Shown here piece by piece: positions 25,457 to 28,232 of a stretch of DNA of 28,232 nt (the first letter of the stretch is position 1; each line of letters starts with the position of its first letter). The notes under the pieces were generated by a model that was not told the DNA's origin, did not search any database, and worked only from the letters and a program-made list of their open reading frames with translations. The position numbers and the translations under genes are program-made. Origin of the DNA: Polyangiales bacterium (GTDB lineage Bacteria; Myxococcota_A; Polyangia; Polyangiales; Houyiibacteriaceae); contig JBGCFM010000164.1 of the NCBI GenBank assembly GCA_045106895.1, positions 1 to 28,232 of the forward strand, given 5' to 3'.

Positions 25457-25888
25457 TTAGACGCCTTTTGCAAAGTTGCCGAGAACGAAGCCCCAGGCGC
25501 GTTTGAAGTACTCAAACCCGTTGGGCCACGCGCCTTCTTTCTTCCATCCACTCTGGCGGAGAGTCACGCGCGTGCGCTGCGCGCCTAGCGCTTCGAAGCC
25601 GACGCGCACAATTGTGTGCTGGTCGCGAAGTGTTGGGATCGAAGGCGGGAAGTTCCACGTAAAAGAGACCTCCGTGGCGGGCACAAAGCCGACGATGACG
25701 CACCCTTCGCTCCCCCGCAGCCCCTCCGGCTGCGTCATGTCGAAGAGCACTTCGAAGTCGCCGCCGGGTCGAAGGTCGATCCGCAAGTCCGGCGCAAAGA
25801 ACTTCTTCAGCTCCTCTTCGACGGTCCAGCGGCGGTAAGCCTCCGCAGCCGACAGCGAGACCTCTTGCTCCAGGACGAGGTCGTCCAC
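25457..25888 (-). CDS. SRPBCC/AHSA1-like (START-fold) domain protein
   Basis: AEAYRRWT.EEELKKFFAP...IDLRPGG.FEV...GSEGC.I...SFTWNFPP...TRVTLRQSGW...YFKRAWGFVL. GTG start just after the upstream stop. Confidence 0.88.
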   Translation of the reverse strand: MDDLVLEQEVSLSAAEAYRRWTVEEELKKFFAPDLRIDLRPGGDFEVLFDMTQPEGLRGSEGCVIVGFVPATEVSFTWNFPPSIPTLRDQHTIVRVGFEALGAQRTRVTLRQSGWKKEGAWPNGFEYFKRAWGFVLGNFAKGV

Positions 25889-25892
25889 AGGC

Positions 25893-26609
25893 TCAGAGAT
25901 TGCCTTTGAGGCTCTCAAGACGAAGCTTCGGCACCATCATGATGGCTTCGGCGAAAATACGGCGATTCATCTTGCTCTGACCGGCGCGGCGATCGACGAA
26001 GACGATGGGCACCTCTTTGATACGAAAACCTTGCCGGAGGGCGCGATAGGTCAGTTCGATCTGAAACGAGTAGCCTTCGGACTTCACGGCGTCGAGGTCG
26101 ATGGCCTGAAGCACCTCCGCGCGAAACGCTTTGAAGCCACTCGTGAGGTCGCGAATGCCGAGGCCAAGAATGATGCGGCTGTAGAGACTTCCGCCCTTGC
26201 TTAGGACGTGACGACCGACGCCCCATCCTTCGACGCCTCCGCCGCGAATGTTTCGCGAGCCAATGACGACGTCCGCCCCTTGCTCAAACGCACGAACGAA
26301 GTCGGGCAGGTAGCGTGGGTTGTGACTCAGGTCCGTGTCCATCTCGAAGATGACGTCGTAGCCGCCTTCGAGACCCTTTCGGAAGGCGTCGAGGTACGCG
26401 GAGCCAAGCCCCATCTTGCCAGGGCGATGCAGCACGCGAACGCGCGGGTTGGCGCGAGCGATTTGATCCGCGAGAGCGCCGGTGCCGTCGGGTGAGTTGT
26501 CGTCGACAACGAGAACGTCCGCGTTTGGAAGCGCCTCAAACACACCATCCAAGAAGGGCGCGAGATTGTCTTTCTCGTTGTAAGTAGGTGTGACGATAAG
26601 GATACGCAT
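25893..26609 (-). CDS. Polyprenol monophosphomannose synthase (Dpm1/Ppm1-like GT2 glycosyltransferase)
   Basis: Motifs IVTPTYNEKDNL, VVDDNSPDGTG, GLGSAY, EMDTDLSH, DLTSGFKAFR, GYSFQIE and EVPIVFVDRRAGQSKM. Confidence 0.93.
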   Translation of the reverse strand: MRILIVTPTYNEKDNLAPFLDGVFEALPNADVLVVDDNSPDGTGALADQIARANPRVRVLHRPGKMGLGSAYLDAFRKGLEGGYDVIFEMDTDLSHNPRYLPDFVRAFEQGADVVIGSRNIRGGGVEGWGVGRHVLSKGGSLYSRIILGLGIRDLTSGFKAFRAEVLQAIDLDAVKSEGYSFQIELTYRALRQGFRIKEVPIVFVDRRAGQSKMNRRIFAEAIMMVPKLRLESLKGNL

Positions 26610-26665
26610 GGGGGTCGACCAGACTGGGAGTTGGCGGCGGGATAGCACCCCAACGCCGGGAGCGC

Positions 26666-27910
26666 TCATTCCATATTGGGGTTCGGGTCTTCGGCCATCT
26701 GCGCTGGCCCCTCGTTCATCTGCGTGACATTGGGCCGCGTCGGCTCCATCTGGGAGGTTGGAACGGCTGCTGGGGGATTTGCGGGCTGATTCATGAGCGC
26801 AGGGCTCATCGGGGAGGCGGTCATCGGGGAGGCAGTCATCGGGGAACTGTTCATTCGGCTCGATCCCCGACGGGAGCGCCCGGTGCCACGCTCGAGGACG
26901 CGACTTTCCGCCGGCTCACCGCATCCGTCATCCGGCGCCGTGGGCCGAGAGAACCCGGTGCGGAGCTCTTCGTCGTCGTCGTCACGGAACTGAACCTGGA
27001 TACCTGCATCGCCATCGCCCTCGAAGAACTCCACGCGAATATGGTGGGAGCCGGCGTCGAGTTCGACACGCGCGTTTTTCCACGAGTACGCTTGTGAGCC
27101 CCAGTTATCGAGAACCTCTTCGCCATCGATGAAAACGCGAGCGCCGTCATCGCTGCCGGAACCAACGCGAACGACCTGGTTGTCGCTCACCGTCAGGCAA
27201 GTGTCGAAGCGTGCGGAGAAGCCGTCGATCGGAATGCCGACCATCGGTGAACGGCGTCCCCAGTTGAAACGAATCTCCTCTTCGTTGCGCCGCTGAGGTT
27301 CGCCCATGAAGTTTGCGCGCGCGTAGTAGCGTGCGATCCAAGCGGCGTCGGCTTCTCTTGCACGCTCCCGCGCCCAGAAGAGACCGATGGCGACGCCGGC
27401 GCCGACAAGCAGCAGAACGCCGAGGGCACGCCGAAGTCGACCGGCGGTCACGCTACCCGGGCTACGGACGTCATCCGCCAGCGCGCGCTCGACAGCTCGA
27501 ACGACCTTCAGGAGGGCTTTGACGTGACGTGCGTCGGTGACGGAAACATCGTCATCGAGGAGGGGGCGCTCCGCACGATAAGCGTCTTCGGCTTTGGCGA
27601 CATCGGCGGCTCGGACGCCGGCGTCTTTGAAGAGACCTGCTCGGCCGCGGGCGGGACCAGGGTCGCCTTCTGCCGCCGGAACTGGGCGCCCGCCCAACAC
27701 CGTGGTGACGGCAGCGGAAGCCGCTTCGTAGGCGTCACGGGCCATCGCGAGCCCCTCGGCAGCGTGGCTTCCAGCCCAGAGCGCCTCAGCGGCCGACGCA
27801 CGCTGCTTCATGAGCTGCACGGCTTGCTGGTTCTCGCGTAAGACCTCCGGAGAGCGAGCCTTCGCCCGAGCCATTGCGGCCCGGAGGGTAAGGGCGTCTT
27901 TCCACGACAT
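26666..27910 (-). CDS. Membrane-anchored PA14-domain protein
   Basis: N-terminal helical domain, TM segment LGVLLLVGAGVAIGLFW, then PA14 motifs IRFNWG..SP, DGFSARF, SDDGARVFIDG and HHIRVEFFE. Low-complexity tail with SPMTA repeats. Confidence 0.85.
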   Translation of the reverse strand: MSWKDALTLRAAMARAKARSPEVLRENQQAVQLMKQRASAAEALWAGSHAAEGLAMARDAYEAASAAVTTVLGGRPVPAAEGDPGPARGRAGLFKDAGVRAADVAKAEDAYRAERPLLDDDVSVTDARHVKALLKVVRAVERALADDVRSPGSVTAGRLRRALGVLLLVGAGVAIGLFWARERAREADAAWIARYYARANFMGEPQRRNEEEIRFNWGRRSPMVGIPIDGFSARFDTCLTVSDNQVVRVGSGSDDGARVFIDGEEVLDNWGSQAYSWKNARVELDAGSHHIRVEFFEGDGDAGIQVQFRDDDDEELRTGFSRPTAPDDGCGEPAESRVLERGTGRSRRGSSRMNSSPMTASPMTASPMSPALMNQPANPPAAVPTSQMEPTRPNVTQMNEGPAQMAEDPNPNME

Positions 27911-28232
27911 GGCGAGGGCTCTAGCACCTCGGGTCCCGGAGCGCACCCGTGCGATTTGGATAGGGAATCGGTGCGAGCGGCTCATTGTGCTACGTGCAGG
28001 ACGTGCGCATCACGCGGGACACAGGTGTCGAATTGCTACGTGAGCTCGCGGTCCATCTGGTCGCGGGACTCGTTGCGGCATTTGCGCTCGCCCTCGTTGA
28101 GTGTGTCTCGGCCCATGGACAGGCGGGATTCTGTTTTTGAACGCTACGCCGCCCCCCGCGATCCGCCCTCTTGCCCCCCGCGGCCCTCTTCTGTGCTCGC
28201 ATCAGCGCCGGCGTCTCCACGCTCCTCTCTCA

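Noticed and set aside
26666..27910. PA14 protein as TraA, the kin-recognition partner of the TraB-like OmpA protein
   Set aside because: It has no Cys-rich repeats, no signal peptide and no MYXO-CTERM, its topology differs, and it lies 13 kb from the OmpA gene.
27990..28220. 76-aa minus-strand ORF at the right edge
   Set aside because: It has no motif or clear RBS and is probably intergenic or promoter DNA of a gene outside the window.

Overview
High-GC (roughly 65%) bacterial chromosomal DNA, most likely from a myxobacterium (Myxococcota, possibly Polyangia). The evidence is a MYXO-CTERM-like sorting tail, an AglS/AglQ-like ExbD protein and many acidic low-complexity proteins. The window holds about 25 plausible genes. 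They include YceI, glutathione peroxidase, an orphan ExbD/TolR protein, a complete TatT-containing TRAP (TPAT) transporter operon, a secreted protein plus matrixin pair, a large OmpA-C outer-membrane protein, a Thr-motif sulfatase-like lipoprotein, xseB coupled to an acidic PilZ-like protein, a HEAT-repeat protein, an OPT transporter, a PaaI thioesterase, two His-rich lipoproteins, speA, an SRPBCC protein, a Dpm1-like glycosyltransferase and a PA14 protein. The only mobile DNA is an internally deleted, frameshifted IS481-family element (9804-10926). It has doubled end boxes and a 10-bp flanking direct repeat, and it sits at the edge of an 18-copy (C/G)GGAAC microsatellite abutting a terminator. 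I found no CRISPR array, rRNA or tRNA. No clearly novel system can be proven from sequence alone. The best leads are the IS481/microsatellite junction, the matrixin with its putative inhibitor or pro-domain partner, the TPAT operon, and a recurrent leaderless-promoter pattern. Protein assignments come from motif recognition, not database searches.
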